IMG/VR virus record: IMGVR_UViG_3300011337_000167
DNA: 64,000 bases
Reading direction: 5' to 3' (one strand)
Source of the DNA: an uncultured virus (IMG/VR IMGVR_UViG_3300011337_000167)
Taxonomy: Duplodnaviria > Heunggongvirae > Uroviricota > Caudoviricetes
The position numbers and the translations under genes were made by a program. Of the stretch, positions 29,322-38,126 are shown one piece after another; the first letter of the stretch is position 1, and each line of letters begins with the position of its first letter. Below the pieces are notes generated by a model that worked only from the letters and a program-made list of their open reading frames with translations, was not told where the DNA came from and did no database searches.

Positions 29322-31771
29322 TCACCTTTCTTTTGCGCCTTTTTATAGGCGATGTCTGCACCAATCTTCAAACCTTCCAACTCCATCTTAGCTTCTAGGT
29401 CGGCTTTATCTTTGGCTACTTTAGCTCCAACTTGCATACCAGCAATTTCTTTTTGTGCTTCTATACGATCACGTTCAATTTGAAGTTGATCTTCTTTAGC
29501 TGCTGCATCAACTTGAAGTTTTTGTTGCTTAAGTTGCAGGTCTGCTTGCTTCAGTTGTAATTCCATCTGTTGCATTTGGACCAGTGGGTCTTGCGCCGCT
29601 TGGGCGTTTTGTTGCGCTTGCGCTTCTTGCTGATTCTGTTGCAAGAGCTGTTGTGTTGCTTGAGCAGCGAGTTGCGAGATTCTGACTTCCAAATGCTCTG
29701 GAATGCCTTCCTCTTCGTATTGTTCGTTATCAGGTGGAAGCTCCATGCCCATACGCATTTCCATCTGCTTACGATATTCATAGCCAATGTGTTCATTAAC
29801 ATGAGCCATCATAGCGGCCTGTATCTGTTGTGCCATTGGGTTCATACCAACCAATTGTTGAATCTTAGGATCTTGCATTGCACCCATATGCACCGCAATA
29901 TGAGCTTGATGGTCCTGATAAAGGAAAGCCTTGACAGGCTTCATCATTAGAACGTTTTGATTCTCAGTAACAGGATCCATTGGTTTTCTGTCGTCTTGAG
30001 ACGGCACAAGCTTTGAATAATTTTTGATACCCAACACGTCTAACATCTGACGATGTAAGAGTGGAAGATCATAGAGCTGTGGTGCAGTTTGAGCGAGTTG
30101 TAGAGCTGCTTGATATTGCACTACTTTTTGCGACATAGTAGCCGCGTTGGGGTCTGATACAGGTATGACGTTTACTTGGTCATAGTCTGATTTCTTAGCT
30201 CTACGACTGCCTTCAATTGGCTCATAGGCATATTCATCAGGGGTATAGTCTGCAATAATTTTCTTTAAGAGCCGGAACTCCTGCTTCATTGCATAGTGAA
30301 TACGAGCCTGTACTGCACTCATTACTTTTAATGTTCTTTCTAATATCGCAAGCGTGGTTCCCACTGGCGAATTAGCAGACATGTCGCTAACTTTCATATC
30401 TGCTGCTGCAGCAAAACGTCTTCCTTCGTCAATGATTTGATTCATCAACTGATACAAAGTCTGACTTGGTTCCTTATATGGAAGAGGCAAGATGTTATCC
30501 CGCATAGTCCCACTAGGTACATCAACGTCTCTGAACTCTCCAGGAGCTATCGGCGTGTCGTCGCCTTTAACCCGTAAGCCCCTCGTTTTGAACCCCCCTG
30601 GAAGATTAGAAAGAGTACCAGCATCAACAAGCTGACGAAGAATGCTAGTACCAGACTTAGCAAAAGCCCCAATGAGGTGAATAAGACCAAAACAATAAAA
30701 ACCAAAACCTGGAATATAACCGTAATGAACGAAGTGGTTACGTTTCGCATGCGTATCATCATCTGGCTCCCAGTTACGTCGAATTGCAAGAATATTACTT
30801 GTTCCTTTTTCAATAGTAACTACATAAGGAAGAGCAATACCTGTTAGTTTGCCTTTGTCATCTTTATGCTCGTGACCAGGAAGATCTAAACTAACATGCA
30901 TCTCAAGAAGTTTAAAGCGATCATCCGATGTAGCTCTAAAGCCCATCTTCTCAGCAATTTTCTTCTCTACTTCGTCTAACGCATTAACGGGATCACCCAA
31001 GTCAACTTCACGATAGAAACCTGCGACTTGCAACTTAATTAACTCATTCTTGGTCTTGCGCATCACGTGCGTGACCCGCTCAGAAGTTTCAATATTACTA
31101 GAGCCGTAAGGAACAACGATGTCTTCTGCAGGTACAAATATAGATGCTTGACGCTCTAGATTTGGATCGTAATAAACTTTCTTAAACGCATTACCCGATA
31201 GACCTAAGCCCCATAACATGCGCTCATGTTCAGGTCTGTATTCCTTCATTACATCTGTTAGCTGGTAGTTCATGTCTTCTTTGACACGTTCTGCCGCATC
31301 TTTTTTCTCTGGCGTCTCACGACCAATGATTTCAATCTTTACAGGACCTGCTGCTGGAAAAGTCTCCATCATGGTTTCTGATTGGAACTTCACCAGTGCT
31401 TCAGAGAGGAGGGGGTGATATACACCACAGGCGCCTTCCCATGGTTCTGTGCGTTCTTCAATCTTCATACCGAGTAGCTCTAAGCCATCGACATAAGTCT
31501 GCATCCAGTCTTTACGAGAAGAGACGTCATCATCAAAATCACTAATTAAATCATTAGCTAAAGATTGAAGGTCTTGCTCGCTCATGTCCTCTGCAAGATT
31601 TGCACCAAAGTCTTCTTCGTCTTCGCCTTTTTCTATTCTTAGAATAGGCATTCCATCAATACCAATTTCAATGGACTCTGGATCTTCAATAGCAATTTCA
31701 ATAGGCATTTCTTCCATGGCTAATTGATCCATGCCTAACGGTGCTTGATATAAACCTTTTTCTATTGCCAT
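29318..31771 (-). CDS. Portal protein
   Basis: 817 aa after TerL, HPLLSEA, GNAFKKVYYD, Gln-rich C-terminal barrel. Confidence 0.85.
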   Translation of the reverse strand: MAIEKGLYQAPLGMDQLAMEEMPIEIAIEDPESIEIGIDGMPILRIEKGEDEEDFGANLAEDMSEQDLQSLANDLISDFDDDVSSRKDWMQTYVDGLELLGMKIEERTEPWEGACGVYHPLLSEALVKFQSETMMETFPAAGPVKIEIIGRETPEKKDAAERVKEDMNYQLTDVMKEYRPEHERMLWGLGLSGNAFKKVYYDPNLERQASIFVPAEDIVVPYGSSNIETSERVTHVMRKTKNELIKLQVAGFYREVDLGDPVNALDEVEKKIAEKMGFRATSDDRFKLLEMHVSLDLPGHEHKDDKGKLTGIALPYVVTIEKGTSNILAIRRNWEPDDDTHAKRNHFVHYGYIPGFGFYCFGLIHLIGAFAKSGTSILRQLVDAGTLSNLPGGFKTRGLRVKGDDTPIAPGEFRDVDVPSGTMRDNILPLPYKEPSQTLYQLMNQIIDEGRRFAAAADMKVSDMSANSPVGTTLAILERTLKVMSAVQARIHYAMKQEFRLLKKIIADYTPDEYAYEPIEGSRRAKKSDYDQVNVIPVSDPNAATMSQKVVQYQAALQLAQTAPQLYDLPLLHRQMLDVLGIKNYSKLVPSQDDRKPMDPVTENQNVLMMKPVKAFLYQDHQAHIAVHMGAMQDPKIQQLVGMNPMAQQIQAAMMAHVNEHIGYEYRKQMEMRMGMELPPDNEQYEEEGIPEHLEVRISQLAAQATQQLLQQNQQEAQAQQNAQAAQDPLVQMQQMELQLKQADLQLKQQKLQVDAAAKEDQLQIERDRIEAQKEIAGMQVGAKVAKDKADLEAKMELEGLKIGADIAYKKAQKKGD

Positions 31772-31780
31772 AGTTGTGCC

Positions 31781-33316
31781 TTATACGTTGTAGTACCCTT
31801 TGTGCTTACGTGATCTAAACGCCATTGGCTCGTCTTCATAATCAGATTCCAATGATACAAAGCCACCACGCCTGAATCTTAACAGGGCTTGTGACATGCT
31901 GTCTACTAAGTCATCATGCTCTCCACTAGGAAAAGATGCAACTTCTTCTATAAGTTCTTCCGCCCAGTGTGTTTGAGGAACCCAGACTTTTCCAGAAGCA
32001 AATATGTCTGCTACCGCATTTAGACGAGCAATCTTGTCATTGCCCTTGCTGGGGGTGAACTCTTGGACAGGAATACCCATTGCCCTAAGCTCAAATATTA
32101 AGGGAGACCCTGCCGCCTTGGCTTCGACAATCATAGCGTCTGGTTCCCACTCTTTATATTCTTCATAAGCCTTTTGTTTTAATTCTGGAAACTCCATACG
32201 GCGTTTAAATGCATTTAATAGGATGATATTAGCGCCAGGAACCCCTACCGCATTGTCCCGATAGAACACACCCCACGTTGTACAGGCTGAATAGTCTGCC
32301 CTTTCTGACTTTAAGAACGCCGTATCCCACGACTGGATGACAAATTCACAGCTAGGAGGGCTATCTTGGTCCCAAATCTGCCACCATTCCCGTTTGACGA
32401 TTGCCGAGACGTCAGAAGTAGGTGCTTGCATGTACTGAGCCTGCCATTTACCCGCTGGAAGCTCATTTTTGAGGGCTAAAAGCTCTGTTTGGCTCCAAAA
32501 TTCAGGCCAAAGTGGCTGTCCATCGTCAAAAATAGCTGGAAACTCAATAAGTTTCCATCCCTCGCCCTCTCTTTGAGCATCTGCTTTGATAACTTGACCC
32601 GTTAAGTCCTTCTTAGACCACCGGGTCATCACAATAATGATCGCCCCACCCGGTTGCAGACGCTGTCTTGGACCCGATGTGTACCATTCGTAGGTCTTAT
32701 CGTAGATTTCTGGGTTAGTTTCGGCTATTGTGGCTTCTTGTTCTGAATGCGGGTCGTCAATAATGAGTATATCTGCGCCCTTACCAGTGACCGCTCCACC
32801 AACACCGATTGCAAAGTAATCTCCACCCTTATTAGTTGCCCAACGGCCTGCGGCTTTGCTATCTGCTTGGAGCCCAACTCCCGGAAATATTGACTTGTAT
32901 ATGTCTGAGTCGACCAAATTACGGACTTTGCGTCCGAAGCCCACAGCAAGCTCAGCGGTATGGGAGGTTTGAATAACTTTCTTCTGAGGAAATTTGCCCA
33001 GAAACCAAGCAGGAAGGAGGTAACTAGCAAATTCAGATTTTGTATGCCTAGGGGGCATATTGATAATAAGTCTCTTACACGTTCCATTTGCTACCTCCTC
33101 AAATGCGGCTGCCATATCCTTGTGGTGGCGACCTTCTATGAACACAGGCCAGACCTTCTTTACAAACGACATGAAGCGAATCTGCGCCAACTCTTTGTTT
33201 TGAAGCTTTTCTAATAACTCTAAGTCCTCTGCGAGCTTTAGCTGCTCCGCTTCAGACAACATAGGAAGAATCTTGGGTATATCTTTAAGGGATATGGTAT
33301 CGAGGAGGCTACTCAT
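31781..33316 (-). CDS. terL: Terminase large subunit
   Basis: NMPPRHTKS Walker A, IIDD Walker B, SWDTA and HDDLVDS nuclease motifs. Confidence 0.92.
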   Translation of the reverse strand: MSSLLDTISLKDIPKILPMLSEAEQLKLAEDLELLEKLQNKELAQIRFMSFVKKVWPVFIEGRHHKDMAAAFEEVANGTCKRLIINMPPRHTKSEFASYLLPAWFLGKFPQKKVIQTSHTAELAVGFGRKVRNLVDSDIYKSIFPGVGLQADSKAAGRWATNKGGDYFAIGVGGAVTGKGADILIIDDPHSEQEATIAETNPEIYDKTYEWYTSGPRQRLQPGGAIIIVMTRWSKKDLTGQVIKADAQREGEGWKLIEFPAIFDDGQPLWPEFWSQTELLALKNELPAGKWQAQYMQAPTSDVSAIVKREWWQIWDQDSPPSCEFVIQSWDTAFLKSERADYSACTTWGVFYRDNAVGVPGANIILLNAFKRRMEFPELKQKAYEEYKEWEPDAMIVEAKAAGSPLIFELRAMGIPVQEFTPSKGNDKIARLNAVADIFASGKVWVPQTHWAEELIEEVASFPSGEHDDLVDSMSQALLRFRRGGFVSLESDYEDEPMAFRSRKHKGYYNV

Positions 33317-33335
33317 ATTTATTTTTAATTAGCCC

Positions 33336-33959
33336 TCACTTTTTGCCTTCAGGCTCGTCTACCGTCGCTTCTGCGTTTACCTCTACTGGAGTACCCATAT
33401 CTACCACACCCAGGACGTCGTCTAAGGTATCTGCGCTCATAGTGTTCTCTGGGGTTATATCTCTAGCATTCAGTAGGCGCTTGACCCGCTCCTTAATAGC
33501 GTCTTCTAGATCGGATGAGTTTTTGTAGGTCACGGTCACTTCGGAACGCTCTGTAAATAAGGCTATATCGGAGTGCTTACCTAGGAGCTCTAATGCTTTG
33601 AGTTCAAACCGGGGGTCCCCACAGTTCGCTAGCTCTAGTAGCTTATTGGTAAGCGCCGCACGAACGTCGCTCATCTCGGCGGCTATACGCCCGCTATATA
33701 CACGCAAAAATTCTCGTGCAGCAAATGCAACGGGTGGGGACGCTAGAGCGCCTTTGTTCTGAGTCTTTACGGCTTTATCTAAAAGACCTGCCGTTTTTAC
33801 TGCGTCTTCTTGGGTGATCTCAGGTGGCGGACCTAGCTGGTCTAGGAGATCTTGGGTGTTAGCAACGACTGCGAGTTCTTCCGCAAAAGACGACGTCTCT
33901 ACATCCGCCGTGTCGTACGGAGGAGGAATGTCCTTGGTAGGCTCAATATTAATTGTCAT
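33336..33959 (-). CDS. Putative terminase small subunit
   Basis: Upstream of TerL; LKALELLGK motif. Confidence 0.6.
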   Translation of the reverse strand: MTINIEPTKDIPPPYDTADVETSSFAEELAVVANTQDLLDQLGPPPEITQEDAVKTAGLLDKAVKTQNKGALASPPVAFAAREFLRVYSGRIAAEMSDVRAALTNKLLELANCGDPRFELKALELLGKHSDIALFTERSEVTVTYKNSSDLEDAIKERVKRLLNARDITPENTMSADTLDDVLGVVDMGTPVEVNAEATVDEPEGKK

Positions 33960-33999
33960 TGCAGGGCGTAATACAAATAAATGCGCTCCAGTTTCCCGC

Positions 34000-34029
34000 A
34001 ATATAACACAACAAAAATAAAAGGAGCAA
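34000..34029 (-). promoter_or_regulatory. Putative promoter of packaging/structural arm
   Basis: TTGCTC-18-TATATT with extended TG on minus strand. Confidence 0.4.
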
Positions 34030-34120
34030 TAGGTGGGGTACTTGCGGGCCTAGATATGTGAAGCCAAATCCGCTTTCCCCCGTGCTCACGTGAAGAGCAA
34101 GAAAATTATATTTGAAAAAT

Positions 34121-34138
34121 ATACCCCCCGGGGGGTAT
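34121..34138. repeat. Perfect 18-bp palindrome ATACCCCCCGGGGGGTAT
   Basis: Seen directly. Confidence 0.85.
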
Positions 34139-34169
34139 TGAAATAAAAAAGGTAAGGGGGGTGTTTCTG

Positions 34170-34185
34170 TGTTCCACGTGGAACA
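34170..34185. promoter_or_regulatory. parS: parS-like site TGTTCCACGTGGAACA
   Basis: Perfect 16-bp palindrome matching chromosomal parS consensus. Confidence 0.7.
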
Positions 34186-34406
34186 AAACTTGTGGATATT
34201 TAAGTAGGGGGAGGGGGGTTAAGCTACGGTAGACGTATGAGAACGGGGAAAGTGAGGGTGAAATTTTAAAGTTGTGTATCTCTTGTGCAAATTAGTGAGT
34301 ATAGGTGGACTAACAATCCTTTTTTTAATTTTGGGGTGGTGGGGTCGCATGGCTCGCCACGTCCTAACATTGTTAGGGGTAGGGGGTATTTATAGTTTCC
34401 ATAGAG

Positions 34407-34436
34407 TTGAAAATGTAACACAAAATGCTGTATAAT
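34407..34436 (+). promoter_or_regulatory. Sigma70 early promoter P1
   Basis: TTGAAA-18-TATAAT. Confidence 0.7.
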
Positions 34437-34601
34437 AAACTCAAGCAAGCGAAATCTTGCGAGGGCTTCAAGGGTTGAACTAGGTGGGGATCGAATCCCA
34501 CGTGACTTGCGAAGTGACCGCTTTGACCTAGGGGGTGACAGCCCTAGCGAGTGCGAAGTCAGCCAGTAGTTTTCTTTTAACTTTCTTTCTAAGGAATAAT
34601 C

Positions 34602-35129
34602 ATGGATCAAGTATTTGATGTTGCTGATTTAATTACTGCTATCGAGCAAGCCCGTGTTAATGTTGCTGAGGGTTTGCGTGGCGCTTATGGCGCTAAGGTT
34701 GCATATGCTGGTTTGCTCAATCAAAAATGGGCAAGTTTTGACTGGTTTGAACTTAATCACAATGATTCAAGTGATGAGGGCAAAGCAGTAAGGAAAGAGA
34801 AAGAGGCTTTTTACGAAGTCTTAAAGGGTGAGCAACACTCAAACCCCCACAAGATTTGGGGTGACATTCGTAAATACGCTAAGACCGATCGCTATGGCAA
34901 GCCAGTAGTTGATGGCGAGCAAGGCGAGGGTGGCGAGGGTGGCGAGCAAGGCAGTGACAACGCCAAGCATAATCGTTCACCCCAGTTGCGTAACCTTGAG
35001 GAACTTACCGCATTATTCAAGTTCAATCGTCGCCAAGATTCATTGAGTGACGAACTCAAGCAATGCCAAGCATATATCGCCAAGGCATTGGAATCGTTAG
35101 GTGTCAATGTAACAATGATTGGCGACTAA
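34602..35129 (+). CDS. Early protein, paralog A
   Basis: RBS AAGGA; clear paralogy with 36447-36962. Confidence 0.85.
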   Translation: MDQVFDVADLITAIEQARVNVAEGLRGAYGAKVAYAGLLNQKWASFDWFELNHNDSSDEGKAVRKEKEAFYEVLKGEQHSNPHKIWGDIRKYAKTDRYGKPVVDGEQGEGGEGGEQGSDNAKHNRSPQLRNLEELTALFKFNRRQDSLSDELKQCQAYIAKALESLGVNVTMIGD

Positions 35130-35136
35130 CATTGTT

Positions 35137-35167
35137 AGGGGGGTGCAGTTTGCCCCCCTCTTTCTTT
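35137..35167 (+). terminator. Putative terminator
   Basis: G-rich/C-rich hairpin then TTTCTTT. Confidence 0.5.
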
Positions 35168-35190
35168 CTCTTACTTTAATAGGTGCAATT

Positions 35191-35403
35191 ATGATTAAGC
35201 CAATATTTACCCATGACTGTGATACCTGTAAATTTTTAGGTCATGTTTTAACAGTAAATGGTAATGCTGATGTTTACTACTCATGTGACTCAAGAGAAAA
35301 TTATCGTAACCTGATTTTTAGGTATAGCGATGAACCCGCAGATTACAGTCATGTCGGAACTGAACGAACTAAGTATTTATTTGATTTTGAATTTTGTTTA
35401 TAA
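35191..35403 (+). CDS. Small early protein
   Basis: AGGT RBS, HDCDTCKFLG motif. Confidence 0.65.
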   Translation: MIKPIFTHDCDTCKFLGHVLTVNGNADVYYSCDSRENYRNLIFRYSDEPADYSHVGTERTKYLFDFEFCL

Positions 35404-35428
35404 GCCACCCATGCGGTGGCTTTTTTTT
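35403..35428 (+). terminator. Rho-independent terminator
   Basis: AGCCACC-CATGC-GGTGGCT then T run. Confidence 0.8.
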
Positions 35429-35607
35429 GCCCTTGCCCTAACAATGTTAGGGCTTTTTTGTTTCCATCATTTTCCAAAAATGATAGTTCTTAGAAGGGTG
35501 GTAGTCCTAACCCGATTTTTTCCAAGTTTTACCTCGTTGGAAATGATAGTTCTTAGAAGAGTGGTAGCCCATAAGGCAGTCCTAACAATGTTAGGCTTCT
35601 TGCAAAA

Positions 35608-35981
35608 CTTTTCTTATAATAGAAGCCTTTGAAATCAAGGACTTGCGTGTATTATAAGAAAACCAAAAACAAAATCTTACAATATAAAAGTCTTTGTAAT
35701 CAAGGACTTGCAGGGGTTTTTGGGGGTATTATAAGAAAACTGAGAAAATTGAGTGAGCAGGGTCTCGAACGAGGTCTTCACGCAGTGCATTTCTTACATT
35801 AGCAAAGGCAAATCCTCTGGGGGTATATAATTTTTTTTATTTTCTTATTTTCTTATATTATCTATTTTTCTCCTCTCCAAGCCTTATACCTATTCACTTT
35901 TATATTATAAGAAATATCGTAAGAAAAACCTCCACTTTTCTTATATTACCCCCATTTTTCTTATTTTGATTTCTTATATTA
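35608..35981. repeat. AT-rich tract with TTTCTTATWWT repeats and two IHF-consensus sites (origin-like)
   Basis: AATCAAGGACTTG at 35633 and 35698; GTATTATAAGAAAAC twice; many TTCTTA/TAAGAA units. Confidence 0.55.
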
Positions 35982-35995
35982 AGTTTCCACGCACC

Positions 35996-36024
35996 TTGAA
36001 TATTCTCTTATTTTGTGTTATAAT
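35996..36024 (+). promoter_or_regulatory. Sigma70 early promoter P2
   Basis: TTGAAT-17-TATAAT with TG extension. Confidence 0.8.
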
Positions 36025-36054
36025 GTAATCTCAATACAACGAAAGGAATATAAA

Positions 36055-36252
36055 ATGCAAATGACAGACAAAATAAAAAAAGTAATCGAGTGGGGTTTTC
36101 AGTATGACTCTGAGAAAAATGTGTTCTTCCGTTTTGCACCTGAAAATTATGTCGAAGTGTGGAGGGACGATATTTCTTCTGATTGGATTGTGTTTTATTT
36201 AGATGGACAACCAACGCATGATTACTTCATCAAATGGGAGTTGTTTGCCTAA
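36055..36252 (+). CDS. Small early protein
   Basis: AAAGGA RBS after P2. Confidence 0.6.
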   Translation: MQMTDKIKKVIEWGFQYDSEKNVFFRFAPENYVEVWRDDISSDWIVFYLDGQPTHDYFIKWELFA

Positions 36253-36313
36253 ATGGGGAGAGCCTAACAATGTTAGGTTCATTCCTAGAAATTAAAAAAT
36301 CTAGACAGAATAC

Positions 36314-36342
36314 TTGATTTATCCCTTATTTTGTGTTATACT
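36314..36342 (+). promoter_or_regulatory. Sigma70 early promoter P3
   Basis: TTGATT-17-TATACT with TG extension. Confidence 0.8.
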
Positions 36343-36446
36343 ATACTCATAGTAAAAAATAAGAAATGCAGTTGCAGTAGGAGTCAGTTAGGTTCTCCAA
36401 CCAACCTAACAATGTTAGGCAGTATCCAAAACAAGGAGTATTAAAC

Positions 36447-36962
36447 ATGGAATTTATCGCTAATCAAGATGTAGAAGTAATCGTATCCCAAAAGCGTCAA
36501 GGTGCAATTGACGCACAGGCTAGCACTTATGGTGCTAATGTGGAATACGCAGGGGCATTGAACTTGAAGTTCGAGTTCGATTGGTTCGAGTTGCAACACA
36601 ACGACAGTTCGGACGAAGGCAAGGCAGTCCGCAAAGAAAAGACCTTGTTCTTTGAAGGCTTGAAAGAAATCGGGCATTCCAACCCGTCCAAAGTTTGGAA
36701 AGATGTGCGAGATTACGGCAGAGAAAACCGCTACGGCAAACCCGTTGTGCCTACCGCAGAAGGTGCAGATGGTGAGTCCGAGTCCGAAGGGGACGCAAAG
36801 CATAATCGTTCCCCTGAGTTGCGGAACATGGAGGAGTTGCTAGCCCTCTATAAGTTCAACCGCAGACAGGAGTCCCTCTCCCCCAAGATCACCAAGGTGC
36901 AACAAAAGATTGGTGAAGCCTTGCAAGAGATGGGAGTTGATCTCCATATGATCGCAGACTAA
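36447..36962 (+). CDS. Early protein, paralog B
   Basis: AAGGAG RBS; paralog of 34602-35129. Confidence 0.85.
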   Translation: MEFIANQDVEVIVSQKRQGAIDAQASTYGANVEYAGALNLKFEFDWFELQHNDSSDEGKAVRKEKTLFFEGLKEIGHSNPSKVWKDVRDYGRENRYGKPVVPTAEGADGESESEGDAKHNRSPELRNMEELLALYKFNRRQESLSPKITKVQQKIGEALQEMGVDLHMIAD

Positions 36963-36980
36963 TTCTGCCCAACCCCAACC

Positions 36981-37004
36981 AACCCTGCTACGGCAGGGTT
37001 TTTT
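36981..37004 (+). terminator. Rho-independent terminator
   Basis: AACCCTGC-TACG-GCAGGGTT then T run. Confidence 0.8.
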
Positions 37005-37145
37005 ATTTGCCCACGACCTAACAATGTTAGGTCAGACTTTTTGTCATTCGGCTCTCGCCGAAATGACAGTTCCTAGAAAGGTGGTAGCCCATGGGGAATT
37101 CCCTAAAAGTGCGTGGGAACGAGGGTTCAATTCTAGCCAAAAAAC

Positions 37146-37174
37146 TTGATCTGGTCAGTAATTTGTGTTATAAT
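37146..37174 (+). promoter_or_regulatory. Sigma70 early promoter P4
   Basis: TTGATC-17-TATAAT with TG extension. Confidence 0.8.
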
Positions 37175-37259
37175 ATAAGATATATATGAGAATAAAAATT
37201 CGCCCTCATTTTATTTTTTGCAACCCCCTAACAATGTTAGGTCTAACAAGGAGAAGTGT

Positions 37260-37355
37260 ATGAAGTTCATGGATAGCGACATCTTTGCAGTTGCTTTAAT
37301 TGTGTTCACAGTTTTGTTTGTGCTGGTTCATGTCATTTTGTATCTAACCAAATAG
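37260..37355 (+). CDS. 31-aa membrane peptide
   Basis: AAGGAG RBS; MKFMDSDIFAVALIVFTVLFVLVHVILYLTK. Confidence 0.55.
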   Translation: MKFMDSDIFAVALIVFTVLFVLVHVILYLTK

Positions 37356-37364
37356 GAGGTAGTC

Positions 37365-37517
37365 ATGCGTGTAATCGTTATTTTTGAATATAAGGGTATC
37401 CCTGCTGATGGTGAGCAGGCAGATCAAATTGTTGAGGTTGTCGGCAAGGCTTGCGAATCCATGGGTAATGAAGTGGGTGCAGGTGCTTGTTTTGTTGAAG
37501 ATGTTGAGTGGGACTAA
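37365..37517 (+). CDS. 50-aa acidic early protein
   Basis: AGGAGGT RBS; MRVIVIFEYKG...EDVEWD. Confidence 0.6.
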   Translation: MRVIVIFEYKGIPADGEQADQIVEVVGKACESMGNEVGAGACFVEDVEWD

Positions 37518-37532
37518 ACAGGAGACCTAACA

Positions 37533-37736
37533 ATGTTATATGGCTTTGATTGTGAATGTGGCTTGGAGATACCGATTGGCAGACTTGACCTAGGGTATAC
37601 GACATGCCTAAAGTGTGGCGACATTGAGGCAAAGCGTGTAAAGCATATTGTGCAAATCCCGTATTCCAAGGGTGCGTATCAATATATCCACAACCCACAA
37701 GACTTATGTTTTACCAACCCAAAGAGGACAACATGA
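37533..37736 (+). CDS. DksA/TraR-like zinc-finger small protein
   Basis: CECG.EIP..RL.LGY.TC..C. Confidence 0.55.
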   Translation: MLYGFDCECGLEIPIGRLDLGYTTCLKCGDIEAKRVKHIVQIPYSKGAYQYIHNPQDLCFTNPKRTT

Positions 37737-37942
37737 CCGAAGAAGAGATTGCGTTGATACGAGGTATCGAGCAGGTAGATGTAAGCCTTACCGATATTGC
37801 GATAACCAAAGGGCATGCCTATGCACAGGGATACAACACTTACATAGGGAAAATTGAAGATCGAGAAGGCTATATGTATCTTAAGCAAGGCTACACAGAC
37901 GGCTTTCTTGCAGGGTTCGCACACAGAATGGGGGGTGGATAA
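37733..37942 (+). CDS. Small early protein
   Basis: GAGG RBS, coupled. Confidence 0.55.
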   Translation: MTEEEIALIRGIEQVDVSLTDIAITKGHAYAQGYNTYIGKIEDREGYMYLKQGYTDGFLAGFAHRMGGG

Positions 37943-38125
37943 ATGGCGACGCATTACAAGGGACATAGGATTGCTGAGTTGTTGGAGGATATTGATAGGC
38001 TCAGTAAGGAGTTGGAAGAGAACCGAGATTCTCTTGAAAACGAGGTGCAAGCGATTAGGGCTATTGAAGCAGAAACATTGCTCGCTATCGCCAAGGCTAA
38101 ATTAACCGCATTACAAGGAGAGTGA
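37943..38125 (+). CDS. Small coiled-coil protein
   Basis: Adjacent in operon. Confidence 0.55.
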   Translation: MATHYKGHRIAELLEDIDRLSKELEENRDSLENEVQAIRAIEAETLLAIAKAKLTALQGE

Positions 38126-38126
38126 T

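Larger units (their letters stand above)
35478..37090 (+). repeat. Three copies of AAATGAYAGTTCYTAGAARRGTGGTAGYCC
   Basis: At 35478, 35541, 37061, each preceded by a hairpin. Confidence 0.85.

Noticed and set aside
34083..34098. Second parS (TGCTCACGTGAAGAGC)
   Set aside because: Only the CACGTG core matches; better explained as part of the hairpin RNA candidate.
34484..34501. tRNA gene
   Set aside because: Only a T-arm-like hairpin; no cloverleaf, anticodon arm or acceptor stem.
35330..35632. ORF with repeated LTMLG/MIVLRRVV peptides
   Set aside because: Translation artefact of the DNA repeats; crosses a terminator and lacks an RBS.
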